Source: Candidatus Sumerlaeota bacterium
Lineage (GTDB): Bacteria; Bacillota; SLNR01
Direction of reading: 5' to 3'
Length of the DNA: 62,982 nucleotides
Assembly (NCBI GenBank): GCA_007132905.1
Contig: SLNR01000033.1
Coordinates: forward strand, 1-62,982
Part shown: one piece after another, positions 18,954 to 27,552 of the stretch
How the letters are laid out: every line of letters starts with the position of its first letter
Position numbering within the stretch: the first letter of the stretch is position 1
The notes under the pieces: generated by a model
The model's database searches: none
What the model was told of the DNA's origin: nothing
The model's input: only the letters and a program-made list of their open reading frames with translations
Position numbers and translations under genes: made by a program

Positions 18954-19760
18954 ATGGAGGTGACTAGAGAAGCATTCAAATTATTGGAAAAGATAAGAGA
19001 AAAAAGACCGCTTGTCCATGCCATTTCGAATATGGTTACAGCTAATGTAACGGCCAATGCCCTTCTGCAGATCGGTGGACTGCCTGTGATGGCCGACAGC
19101 GAAATGGAAGTAGAAGATGTTGTTAGAAAAGCTGACGCCTTGGTTTTAAATATGGGGATGATCAATGAAGAGAAAAGAAAAGCGATACTTAAAGCAGGAA
19201 AAGCAGCCAATAGAACCAAGATTCCAATTATCCTAGATCCGGTGGGAGTAGGATCCTCCAAGTTTCGAAATGAGACTATTAAGGCTCTGCTGGATGCGGT
19301 TGATGTTACGATTATTCGATGCAATCTGGGCGAAGCATCTTTTCTAGGGGGACTTGGTGGTAAAGTAAAAGGGGTAGAATCTGACACAGACGACATTGAC
19401 CCGCAAGAAGCGGCTACTTTACTGTCCAAAAGATATCGCGCCGTGGCAGCTGTAACCGGCAAACATGATTATATCACAGATGGGTATGAAGGCTGCAGGT
19501 TATCCAACGGACATCCATTTATGAGTAGAATCACAGGCTCTGGGTGTATGTCTTCGGCGGTCGTGGGAGCATTTGCGGCTGTTAGCCGTGACTACTGGTT
19601 GGCAGCAGCAGCGGCCTTGATGTGTTTTGGGACGGCGGGAGAGCTAGCTGGAGAAAAAAGCGTCGGACCTGGAAGTTTTTCGGTATCATTTATGGATAGT
19701 TTATTTGATCTTGACGAATATGCACTCTGTAAAAGAGGAAAAGGAGTGTTAGTTAAATAG
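18954..19760 (+). CDS. thiM: Hydroxyethylthiazole kinase
   Basis: PLVHAISN.V...TANALL, LDPVGVG, ITGSGC, GPGSF; ATG behind AGGAGGTG. Confidence 0.93.
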   Translation: MEVTREAFKLLEKIREKRPLVHAISNMVTANVTANALLQIGGLPVMADSEMEVEDVVRKADALVLNMGMINEEKRKAILKAGKAANRTKIPIILDPVGVGSSKFRNETIKALLDAVDVTIIRCNLGEASFLGGLGGKVKGVESDTDDIDPQEAATLLSKRYRAVAAVTGKHDYITDGYEGCRLSNGHPFMSRITGSGCMSSAVVGAFAAVSRDYWLAAAAALMCFGTAGELAGEKSVGPGSFSVSFMDSLFDLDEYALCKRGKGVLVK

Positions 19761-19778
19761 TCACCGAGGAGGGAAACT

Positions 19779-20405
19779 ATGTTTGATCTAAGCCTTTATG
19801 TTATCACTGATCCGTATCTTTCCAAAGGACGTTCCCATAGGGAAGTGGTTGAAAAGGCCATAGCGGGCGGGGCAACAATGATCCAGCTTAGAGAAAAAGA
19901 ATCCACATCGCTTGACTTTTATCGACTTGCCAAAGAAGTAGTCTCTGCGACCAAAAAGCAGGGTGTGCCTCTTATTATTAATGACCGAGTTGACATTGCT
20001 TTGGCGGTTGACGCTGAAGGAATTCATGTGGGACAAAAAGATCTTCCAGCCCCTGTTGTGAGAAAGATGATAGGGAAGGACAAAATATTGGGGGTTTCAG
20101 CGGGAAATATCGAAGAAGCAAAAATCGCCGAAAAAGAAGGCGCGGACTATATAGGAGTGGGCGCCGTGTTCAGTACCGCAACCAAATCTGATGCAAGACA
20201 GGCCATAGGATTAGAAAGGCTTCAGACCGTTGCCAAATCCGTAAATATCCCCGCTGTGGCGATCGGTGGGATTAATCATGACAACGTGGAGGCAGTTATC
20301 CAAAGCGGGGTGGATGGAGTCGCCGTGGTTTCCGCCATTGTAGCTGCAGAAAATATCCAAAAAGCTGCAGAAGAAATGAAAATATTCATAGATAGAAGCA
20401 AATAA
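19779..20405 (+). CDS. thiE: Thiamine-phosphate synthase
   Basis: LYVITD, IQLREK, INDRVDIA, HVGQKD, TATK, AIGGI. Confidence 0.95.
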   Translation: MFDLSLYVITDPYLSKGRSHREVVEKAIAGGATMIQLREKESTSLDFYRLAKEVVSATKKQGVPLIINDRVDIALAVDAEGIHVGQKDLPAPVVRKMIGKDKILGVSAGNIEEAKIAEKEGADYIGVGAVFSTATKSDARQAIGLERLQTVAKSVNIPAVAIGGINHDNVEAVIQSGVDGVAVVSAIVAAENIQKAAEEMKIFIDRSK

Positions 20406-20411
20406 GCAAGA

Positions 20412-20445
20412 AAGGCTCCTGTGCATACAACAGGAGCTTTGTTTT
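20412..20445 (+). terminator. Intrinsic terminator after thiE
   Basis: AAGGCTCCTGT...ACAGGAGCTTT-GTTTT. Confidence 0.8.
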
Positions 20446-20721
20446 GTGAAAAATCGATTCGAAGAGATGGTATTTGGATTAGAAAGATATGTATAAATGT
20501 GCACATACAGATATATTAATGCGTATTGAGAATATGCTTTGCAATCGCCCTTCGGTCTATATGTATGCAAGAATGGATGAGCTGACTGGATTCATTTTTT
20601 TGGACTAGCAAAAAAATTGCTTGTTGTAATTTTCGTTAACACAATTTTGATTGAAGAAAAAATGAAGGCTGTATGAGTAGGAGAACGCCGATTCGATTTC
20701 CTAGAGGTATTTTGGTGCAAG

Positions 20722-20750
20722 TTTACTTATAAATGTTTTTTTGATACAAT
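20722..20750 (+). promoter_or_regulatory. SigA promoter of the udg-argS-tsa operon
   Basis: TTTACT-N17-TACAAT with extended TG. Confidence 0.6.
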
Positions 20751-20775
20751 TAACTATACATTTTCTGCTTAAGAG

Positions 20776-21369
20776 GTGTCGAACGTGGGAAATGAGCTAG
20801 AATCATTAAATAGTATTTCATCTATGGAGAACCTAAAAAAGAAGGCCTTTGACTGCGAGTGGTGTTCTTTGAGAAAAGGCTGTCTCGGAGTTGTTTTCGG
20901 GGAGGGGGATGCTAATACGGATCTCATGTTTGTAGGAGAGGCCCCCGGCAGAAGCGAAGATGAGCAGAGGCGTCCTTTTGTTGGAGCAGCAGGACAATTA
21001 CTAGATAAAATTTTGACGGCTGCTGATATAGACAGGGAAGAGATTTACATCACAAATACAGTGAAATGCCGGCCTCAAGAAAATCGATTTCCCCAACCTG
21101 AAGAGCAAAAAGCCTGCTTTCCCTGGCTTGTAAGGCAAGTTCAGCTGATTGAGCCTAAAATAATTGTTTGCCTGGGATCGCTGGCTACCAAAACGATTTT
21201 AGGCCCCGAGTCGAAAGTAACAAAGATGCGAGGAGAAGTTTTTCGGCGGAAGGGAATTAACATCATTCCGACATTTCATCCGGCCGCGTTATTAAGAGAC
21301 AGCAGAAAAAAATATCCTGTATGGGAAGACATTCAAATGATCAGAGATAAATATAGAGCCTTGACATAA
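20776..21369 (+). CDS. udg: Family 4 uracil-DNA glycosylase (Fe-S)
   Basis: CxxC, GEAPG..ED..RPFVG.AG, TNTVKCRP..NR.P, HPAALLR. Confidence 0.92.
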   Translation: MSNVGNELESLNSISSMENLKKKAFDCEWCSLRKGCLGVVFGEGDANTDLMFVGEAPGRSEDEQRRPFVGAAGQLLDKILTAADIDREEIYITNTVKCRPQENRFPQPEEQKACFPWLVRQVQLIEPKIIVCLGSLATKTILGPESKVTKMRGEVFRRKGINIIPTFHPAALLRDSRKKYPVWEDIQMIRDKYRALT

Positions 21370-21408
21370 CTTCAGCCAAGCTTACTAATAGAAGAGGAGA
21401 GGGATCAA

Positions 21409-23358
21409 ATGGAACAAAAAAGCATCTATCCTTGGGACATAAGTGAAAAGATACGAAAAAGCCTTGAAGAGGCTGTTTCGGTGGTTTTTGGAGAAAACAT
21501 AACCGGCGACAATATCTCTGTAGCACCGCCACCAAACAAAGAGTTTGGGGATTATTCTTCCCCAATGGCACTAAAGTTGGCCAAGACATTGAAAAAGTCT
21601 CCTGTGGAGATAGCCGGGGGATTAAAGACCTATTTTGAATCGACTCCTGTCGATTACATAAAGGAAGTGACTGTGACAAAACCAGGGTACATCAATTTTC
21701 TGTTGGATTATGATCAATATGCAAAAGATGTTCTGCAAAATATTAACACCAAGGGAAAAAATTTCGGTGAAAATAAAAGCGGGGAAGAGAAAAAATTTGT
21801 TATCGAACATACGAACATCAATCCCAATAAAGCAGCTCATATCGGACATCTGAGAAATGCCTGCCTGGGGGATACCGTGGCAAAATTGGCAGAGCACTGC
21901 GGCTATGAAGTAGAGATACAAAACTATATCGATGATACGGGAACCGCTGTGGCGGATGTTGTCGTAGGCTTTCATTATCTTGGGGAAAAATATGATGGGA
22001 AACAGCGTTTTGATTACTTTTGTTGGGATCTTTATACCAAAGTGAACCTCTTATATGAAGAAGATGAAGAGCTTAGGGAAAAACAAGCTGAAGTGCTCCA
22101 TTTGATCGAAAAAGGGGATAATGAGCTAGCGGATTTGGCAAAAGAGACATCAAAAAAAATTGTGGACTGCCATTTGGACACAATGAAGCGTTTGGATGTA
22201 TTTTATGGGCTTTTAACTTGGGAAAGCGATATAATGAGTATGGGTTTTTGGCGGCATGCTTTTGATAAACTAAAAGAACAGGGTGGTATTATTTATGAGG
22301 AATCTGGTCCCAATGAGGGATGTTGGGTTGTCAAACTAGGTGATCTTGAGGAGTTTGAAAAGCTCGAAAACCCTGACAAAGTGCTGCTTCGCTCAAGTGG
22401 GACAGCTACTTATACGGCCAAAGATATTGCTTATCAGATGTGGAAATTTGGCGTTTTGGGGAAGGATTTTCTCTATAGTCCCTACTGCACGCAGGCCAAC
22501 GCTGAAGTTCTTTGGACATCGGACATGGATGGAAATAAGATGGATTGTTTTGGGAAAGCAGATAAAGTGATGAATGTCATTGATATTCGCCAAAAATATC
22601 TGCAAGACGTCCTGAGGCTGTCGCTTTATAAATTAGGCTATCTTAAGGAAGCCGAGAATTCAATCCATTTTGGATACGAAGTCGTCGCCTTGTCAACTGC
22701 CGCTGCTAAGGAATTAGGAGTGCAAGTAAGTGATGAAAGAGATATTTATGCAATGGCCGGGCGTCGAGGAATCGGTGTTAAAGCAGATGACCTGATTGAC
22801 AGGGCTATAGAAAAAACAACGGAGGAAGTATCCCGAAGGCACGAAGATATGCTCAAGGAGGAGCAAAAAAAATTGGGTACACTTATTGCCATCGGGGCCA
22901 TCCGCTATTATATGCTTCGTTATAATACAAACTCTGTGATTGTATTTGATTTTCAAGAAGCTCTAAGCCTTCAGGGGAATACAGGTCCTTACCTTCAATA
23001 CTCGTATGCAAGGGCATCCAATATTTTGAGAAAAGCCGAGCTGGACCAGGAAAAGATAAAGAGCTTATCAGCAGTGCAGACCCCTCTTGATATGACCCAA
23101 GAAGAAAAAGATATCATTAAAAAATTTGCTGAATTTCCATTAGTGGTGGAGAAAGCTTTTGCAGAAGTGGCCCCATCGGTTCTATGTGACTACACCCATT
23201 CGCTGGCCACTACTTTTATGAGTTTTTATGAAAAAGCACCTGTGCTGGCTGCCGAAAAGGATGAGCGTGATTTCAGGCTGTTCTTAGTGATTTCTTTCAA
23301 AGTAGTGATGGGTGCAGCGCTTCATGTTCTCGGTATTCCTGCCCCGGAAAAAATGTAA
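21409..23358 (+). CDS. argS: Arginine--tRNA ligase
   Basis: FGDYSS, PGYINF, EHTNINPNKAAHIGHLRN (HIGH), MAGRRG, GPYLQYSYAR, C-terminal PEKM. Confidence 0.94.
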   Translation: MEQKSIYPWDISEKIRKSLEEAVSVVFGENITGDNISVAPPPNKEFGDYSSPMALKLAKTLKKSPVEIAGGLKTYFESTPVDYIKEVTVTKPGYINFLLDYDQYAKDVLQNINTKGKNFGENKSGEEKKFVIEHTNINPNKAAHIGHLRNACLGDTVAKLAEHCGYEVEIQNYIDDTGTAVADVVVGFHYLGEKYDGKQRFDYFCWDLYTKVNLLYEEDEELREKQAEVLHLIEKGDNELADLAKETSKKIVDCHLDTMKRLDVFYGLLTWESDIMSMGFWRHAFDKLKEQGGIIYEESGPNEGCWVVKLGDLEEFEKLENPDKVLLRSSGTATYTAKDIAYQMWKFGVLGKDFLYSPYCTQANAEVLWTSDMDGNKMDCFGKADKVMNVIDIRQKYLQDVLRLSLYKLGYLKEAENSIHFGYEVVALSTAAAKELGVQVSDERDIYAMAGRRGIGVKADDLIDRAIEKTTEEVSRRHEDMLKEEQKKLGTLIAIGAIRYYMLRYNTNSVIVFDFQEALSLQGNTGPYLQYSYARASNILRKAELDQEKIKSLSAVQTPLDMTQEEKDIIKKFAEFPLVVEKAFAEVAPSVLCDYTHSLATTFMSFYEKAPVLAAEKDERDFRLFLVISFKVVMGAALHVLGIPAPEKM

Positions 23359-23360
23359 TC

Positions 23361-23894
23361 ATGGATGAGAAAAATGATATCTGGGAGGTTATAACCCGAT
23401 CAGCAGAAGAGACCGAAGAGTTAGGAAGACTTTTGGCAAGTAAAGCAAAGGGCAGTGAAGTTGTGTGCTTAACGGGTGATCTAGGCTCTGGAAAAACTGT
23501 ATTTGCAAAGGGTTTAGCCAAAGGTCTTGGCATAAAAGATTCTGTGGCTAGCCCTACTTTTACTCTAGTAAACGAGTATGAAGGAGAAATCCCTCTTTAC
23601 CATATGGATCTTTATCGCTTGGAAAGCGCCGAAGGGGTGTTCGATTTAGGTTTTGAAGAGTATATAGAAGGCGGTGGCATCACGGTAATTGAATGGGCGG
23701 AAAGAATAAAGTTCTATCTGCCAGAGGAGTATCTTGAAGTTCGTTTTACAAGAATGGACAAAGAGTCTGTTGAACAGGAATTGGCGAATGGGTCCAGTGA
23801 AGAGGGGATGCGCTGTATTGAACTGTTCTCTCATGGAAGAAGATACCGAGGGCTTTTGGAAGGAATGAAGAAAAATGCGAGTTTTAGGGATTGA
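23361..23894 (+). CDS. tsaE: t6A biosynthesis ATPase TsaE
   Basis: GDLGSGKT, SPTFTL, HMDLYRL, IEW. Confidence 0.94.
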   Translation: MDEKNDIWEVITRSAEETEELGRLLASKAKGSEVVCLTGDLGSGKTVFAKGLAKGLGIKDSVASPTFTLVNEYEGEIPLYHMDLYRLESAEGVFDLGFEEYIEGGGITVIEWAERIKFYLPEEYLEVRFTRMDKESVEQELANGSSEEGMRCIELFSHGRRYRGLLEGMKKNASFRD

Positions 23895-24585
23895 TACAGC
23901 AACCAAAACAGCGAGCGTTTGTCTTTTAGATGATAAGGGGATTGTCGGGGAGCACACGCTTCATGTGGAGCAAGTTCATTCCAAAAAAATAATGCCTATG
24001 ATAGAAAGAATGCTAAAAGATGTGGGAGTGGCTGTAAGCGACATAGACGGTATTGCCGTATCCTCGGGGCCTGGATCGTTCACAGGACTGAGAATTGGTA
24101 TGTCAACGGCCAAAGGACTTGCCTATACATTAAAAATTCCCATTGTGGGGGTGTCGACGCTTGAAAGCCTTGCGTTTAATGCTGTGCCTACCCAAAAGCT
24201 TGTATGTCCAATACTCGATGCCAGAATGAAAGAGGTTTACAGTTCTCTCTATCGATGGGAAAATACGGAATTGATAAAGCTTAAAGAAGAGAAAGCGCTC
24301 TCTTTAGAAAACTTGCTGTCCGGCCTTCAAGATTATCAAGAGCCTTTTTTGTTTGTGGGGGAAGGAGCAGTTCGTTTTTTTGAAGATATTCAGAATTCAT
24401 CATTAAAAAAGACGGAATTGGCACCAATGCATACGAATATCAATCGAGCTTCGTCTACTGCCATTTTAGGAAGAGACAGGATTTCGGCGGGCAAAGCGGA
24501 CCAACTAATGGCTCTTCAGCCTAGCTATTTACGCCGTTCTCAGGCAGAGGTGGCCCGTGAAAAAAAGGGAAACCCAAATGAGTGA
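23875..24585 (+). CDS. tsaB: t6A biosynthesis protein TsaB
   Basis: LGIDTAT, HS..IMP, GPGSFTGLRIG, DAR, P.YLR..QAE. Confidence 0.94.
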   Translation: MRVLGIDTATKTASVCLLDDKGIVGEHTLHVEQVHSKKIMPMIERMLKDVGVAVSDIDGIAVSSGPGSFTGLRIGMSTAKGLAYTLKIPIVGVSTLESLAFNAVPTQKLVCPILDARMKEVYSSLYRWENTELIKLKEEKALSLENLLSGLQDYQEPFLFVGEGAVRFFEDIQNSSLKKTELAPMHTNINRASSTAILGRDRISAGKADQLMALQPSYLRRSQAEVAREKKGNPNE

Positions 24586-25045
24586 GAAAGAGGCTGTCAT
24601 TCGACCTATGACAGAAGAGGATGTCGATGATGTTTTGGTTGTGGAAAGACTTTCCTTTCAAACTCCCTGGTCAAGAAAAGCTTTTCTCTCTGAATTACAA
24701 AACAACATGGTGGCCTTTTATTGTGCAGTGGAAAAAGACAAAAAGGTAGTAGGATACGGCGGAGTGTGGGTCATTCTTGATGAAGCTCATATCACTAATA
24801 TTGCGGTTCACCCTGATTATCGCGGCCGGGGATATGGAGAAAAAATTCTGCTGTTTCTGATTGAAAAAGCAGCTTCTTTTGACTGTGAAGCCATAACGCT
24901 GGAAGTGCGAGTAAGTAATGAGAGAGCACAGAAGCTTTACAGAAAACACGGATTTTCGACTAAAGGGTTTAGAAAAGGGTACTATACGGATACGAATGAA
25001 GATGCTTTGGTTATGTGCAGGCAGTTTAGTAGGTCAGAAGGATAA
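24578..25045 (+). CDS. rimI: Ribosomal-protein alanine N-acetyltransferase
   Basis: PWS, HITNIAV.P.YRGRG.G, TLEVRVSN, YY....EDA. Confidence 0.92.
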   Translation: MSEKEAVIRPMTEEDVDDVLVVERLSFQTPWSRKAFLSELQNNMVAFYCAVEKDKKVVGYGGVWVILDEAHITNIAVHPDYRGRGYGEKILLFLIEKAASFDCEAITLEVRVSNERAQKLYRKHGFSTKGFRKGYYTDTNEDALVMCRQFSRSEG

Positions 25046-25103
25046 AGTTTTTCCTTAGCGAATTTTATAATAGAAAGGTACCAACGGGGAAAGAGGTGAT
25101 CTG

Positions 25104-25430
25104 ATGAAACTCATGTTGGCTGTCGTAAGCAATCACGATGTAAGCGATTTGCTTTTAGCTTTCTCAAAAAACAGGATCAGGGCTACCAAGCTGGCTAGCT
25201 CAGGAGGGTTTCTTCGGGAAGGAAATACTACTCTCATTGTTGGTGTTGAAGATGAGCAGGCCGATTTTGTTTTAGGTTTGATTGAGGAGAGCTGCAGCTC
25301 ACGAGTGGTAACCCGGACAGATATTGTTGGAGTCCACGAATCGCCTCTTTATAATATGGCTCCTCTCGATGTGGAAGTGAGCGGTGCTACTGTGTTTGTG
25401 CTCCCTATGGAAAAAGTCGTCAGATTTTAA
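25104..25430 (+). CDS. darA: PII-like cyclic-di-AMP receptor (DarA/PstA/YaaQ family)
   Basis: MKL..AVV...D, ATKLASSGGFLREGNTT, GATVFVLP. Confidence 0.88.
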   Translation: MKLMLAVVSNHDVSDLLLAFSKNRIRATKLASSGGFLREGNTTLIVGVEDEQADFVLGLIEESCSSRVVTRTDIVGVHESPLYNMAPLDVEVSGATVFVLPMEKVVRF

Positions 25431-25432
25431 GT

Positions 25433-25486
25433 GGTGGGCAACGCCCGTCTTTTATGAATTGGTCCCGGGTTTATACCGGGGCTTTT
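25433..25486 (+). terminator. Two small tandem hairpins with T-tracts after darA
   Basis: GGTGGGC-aac-GCCCGTC-TTTT and GGTCCCGG-gtttata-CCGGGGCT-TTT. Confidence 0.55.
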
Positions 25487-25527
25487 CTGTTCATAGTACC
25501 ATCGAATAATGTTTAGGAGGGATAAGG

Positions 25528-26364
25528 ATGAAAGATGCTATGGACGCTAATAGGCCTAAATCTAAAGAAGGGATCCAATATCACATTCAAGCGAAAAAAG
25601 GGGATCTTCCCCGTTATGTTTTGATGCCGGGCGATCCTGACCGGGTAGTTAAAATCGGGGAAACATGGGATTCATATGAAAAGTTAGCAAGGCATCGAGA
25701 ATACCAAAGCATCAGGGGGAAATACTCAAGCGAGCCGATCGGCGCTTTGTCCACTGGAATAGGAGCTCCTTCAGCCGCCATTGCCGTGGAAGAGCTGGCC
25801 GAAATCGGTGTGGACACCATGATTCGAGTAGGCAGCACGGGAACTATTGCTCCCGGCGTTGAATGTGGAGATTTGATCATCAATACGGGTGCGGTTCGAT
25901 TTGACGGAACGACCTCTTATTATGTCACCGAAGAATATCCGGCTGTGGCACATCATGAGATGGTTACTGCTTTGATTGAAGCGTGCGAGCATCTTGGTTA
26001 CCGTTATCATGTCGGGATAGCAGCTTCAACTTCTTCTTTTTACACGGGGCAGGGACGGCCCGGATTTGGAGGTTATACACAATCTTGGGTCAAAGATCTC
26101 ATCCCTGACCTACAGAAAGCGAAAGTACTAAACATTGAGATGGAGACGGCTTCCATTTTTACTTTAGCGTCTCTTTTTGAAATGAGGGCAGGAAGCGTTT
26201 GCACGGTTTTTGCCAACCGGATCACCGATACTTTTCAGGTGACAGGCGAAAACAGAGCCATCCATGCTGCGAATGAAGCTGTGCGAATTTTGTCCTCTTG
26301 GGACAGAATCAAAGAAGAAAACGGGAAACGTTACATGTATCCTTCTTTGCATAAAGAGGAGTAG
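25528..26364 (+). CDS. udp: Uridine/nucleoside phosphorylase (NP-I family)
   Basis: QYHI, PGDPDRV, HREY, TGIGAPS, IRVGSTG, FYTGQGR, NIEMET. Confidence 0.88.
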   Translation: MKDAMDANRPKSKEGIQYHIQAKKGDLPRYVLMPGDPDRVVKIGETWDSYEKLARHREYQSIRGKYSSEPIGALSTGIGAPSAAIAVEELAEIGVDTMIRVGSTGTIAPGVECGDLIINTGAVRFDGTTSYYVTEEYPAVAHHEMVTALIEACEHLGYRYHVGIAASTSSFYTGQGRPGFGGYTQSWVKDLIPDLQKAKVLNIEMETASIFTLASLFEMRAGSVCTVFANRITDTFQVTGENRAIHAANEAVRILSSWDRIKEENGKRYMYPSLHKEE

Positions 26365-26380
26365 AAAGGATAGATATTTT

Positions 26381-27397
26381 ATGTCTGAATATATTCTAGG
26401 TATCGAAACGAGTTGCGACGAAACTTCTGCCGCTGTCGTCAAAGGCGGGGTAGAGGCACTTTCAAATATAGTTTCCTCCCAGATCGACATTCATCAAAAG
26501 TACGGGGGAGTTGTACCGGAGATCGCATCAAGAAGACATATTGAGGCAATTATCCCGGTCATAGAAGAATCCCTTGACAAGGCGGACATTTCACTGGATA
26601 AAATTGACGGAATTGCTGTTACGCGCGGGCCTGGTCTGGTAGGGGCTTTATTGGTTGGCGTTGCTACGGCCAAGTCAATTTCGTTTGTAAAAGGAGTGCC
26701 CCTTATGGGAATAAATCATATTGAAAGTCATATATATGCCAATTTTCTCTCTAATCGAAATATTCCTTTTCCCTTGGTTTGTCTAATTGTCTCCGGTGGG
26801 CATACTGATTTGGTGTATATGCCTGAGCATGGTATCTATGAATTGTTGGGGAAGACAAGAGATGATGCGGCGGGTGAGGCTTTTGATAAAGCTGCTAGGG
26901 TTTTAGGTTGGGGGTACCCCGGAGGACCGGTTATAGACCGAATGGCACAAAAAGGAGATGGGAGCAAAATCAGATTTCCGAGGGCATTTCTTGAATCGGG
27001 TTCCTACGATTTTAGTTTTAGCGGACTTAAAACGGCGGTTTTAAAGAAAGCGGAGCAACTAGATCAGGATACAAACAGCGCGATTACTTATGAGGATATG
27101 GCGGCTAGTTTTCAAGATGCCGTGGCTGAAGTATTGGTGAGAAAAACGATAGCAGCTGCAGAAAGCAAAAATGTCAAGAGCATTATTGCTGCCGGGGGAG
27201 TAGCAGCGAATTCTCAGCTTAGAGCTTCTTTAGAAGAAGAGGCTTGTAAAAAAGGATATTATTTTCACGTTCCCCCTCTTTCTCTTTGCACCGATAATGC
27301 TGCCATGGTTGCCTGTTTAGGACATTATAAGCATAAGGCCGGGATTTTTTCCGGGTTGGATTTGAATGCTCTGCCAAATTACCCGTTGGGAAAATGA
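26381..27397 (+). CDS. tsaD: t6A biosynthesis protein TsaD
   Basis: ILGIETSCDET, GGVVPEIASR.H, HIESH, VSGGHT, DDAAGEAFDK, CTDNAAM. Confidence 0.96.
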   Translation: MSEYILGIETSCDETSAAVVKGGVEALSNIVSSQIDIHQKYGGVVPEIASRRHIEAIIPVIEESLDKADISLDKIDGIAVTRGPGLVGALLVGVATAKSISFVKGVPLMGINHIESHIYANFLSNRNIPFPLVCLIVSGGHTDLVYMPEHGIYELLGKTRDDAAGEAFDKAARVLGWGYPGGPVIDRMAQKGDGSKIRFPRAFLESGSYDFSFSGLKTAVLKKAEQLDQDTNSAITYEDMAASFQDAVAEVLVRKTIAAAESKNVKSIIAAGGVAANSQLRASLEEEACKKGYYFHVPPLSLCTDNAAMVACLGHYKHKAGIFSGLDLNALPNYPLGK

Positions 27398-27408
27398 TGT
27401 TTTAATCA

Positions 27409-27503
27409 TGTGGAGAAAGTAGTCGGTACAGTGTGGATATTTTTGAAAAAGCCTTTTCTATGCGCATTCAGACTGTGGATAACCGTGTTGATAATGTGGA
27501 TTA
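27409..27503 (-). promoter_or_regulatory. DnaA-box cluster (five co-oriented boxes)
   Basis: TGTGGAGAA 27409, TGTGGATAT 27432, perfect TGTGGATAA 27474, TGTTGATAA 27486, TGTGGATTA 27495 (reverse complement of TTATCCACA, 0-1 mismatch each). Confidence 0.8.
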
Positions 27504-27552
27504 ATTTACATAAAACCGATATGAATAATATCATTGAAAGTGAGCGGTTGTT

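Noticed and set aside
20682-20695. LexA-like box AGAACGCCGATTCG upstream of udg
   Set aside because: Mismatch in the GTTC half and about 27 bp upstream of the -35; likely chance. No proper box before pcrA either (GAAC-N5-GTTA)
27409-27552. oriC
   Set aside because: No dnaA/dnaN/gidA context and no evident DnaA-trio or unwinding element; better read as a non-origin cluster
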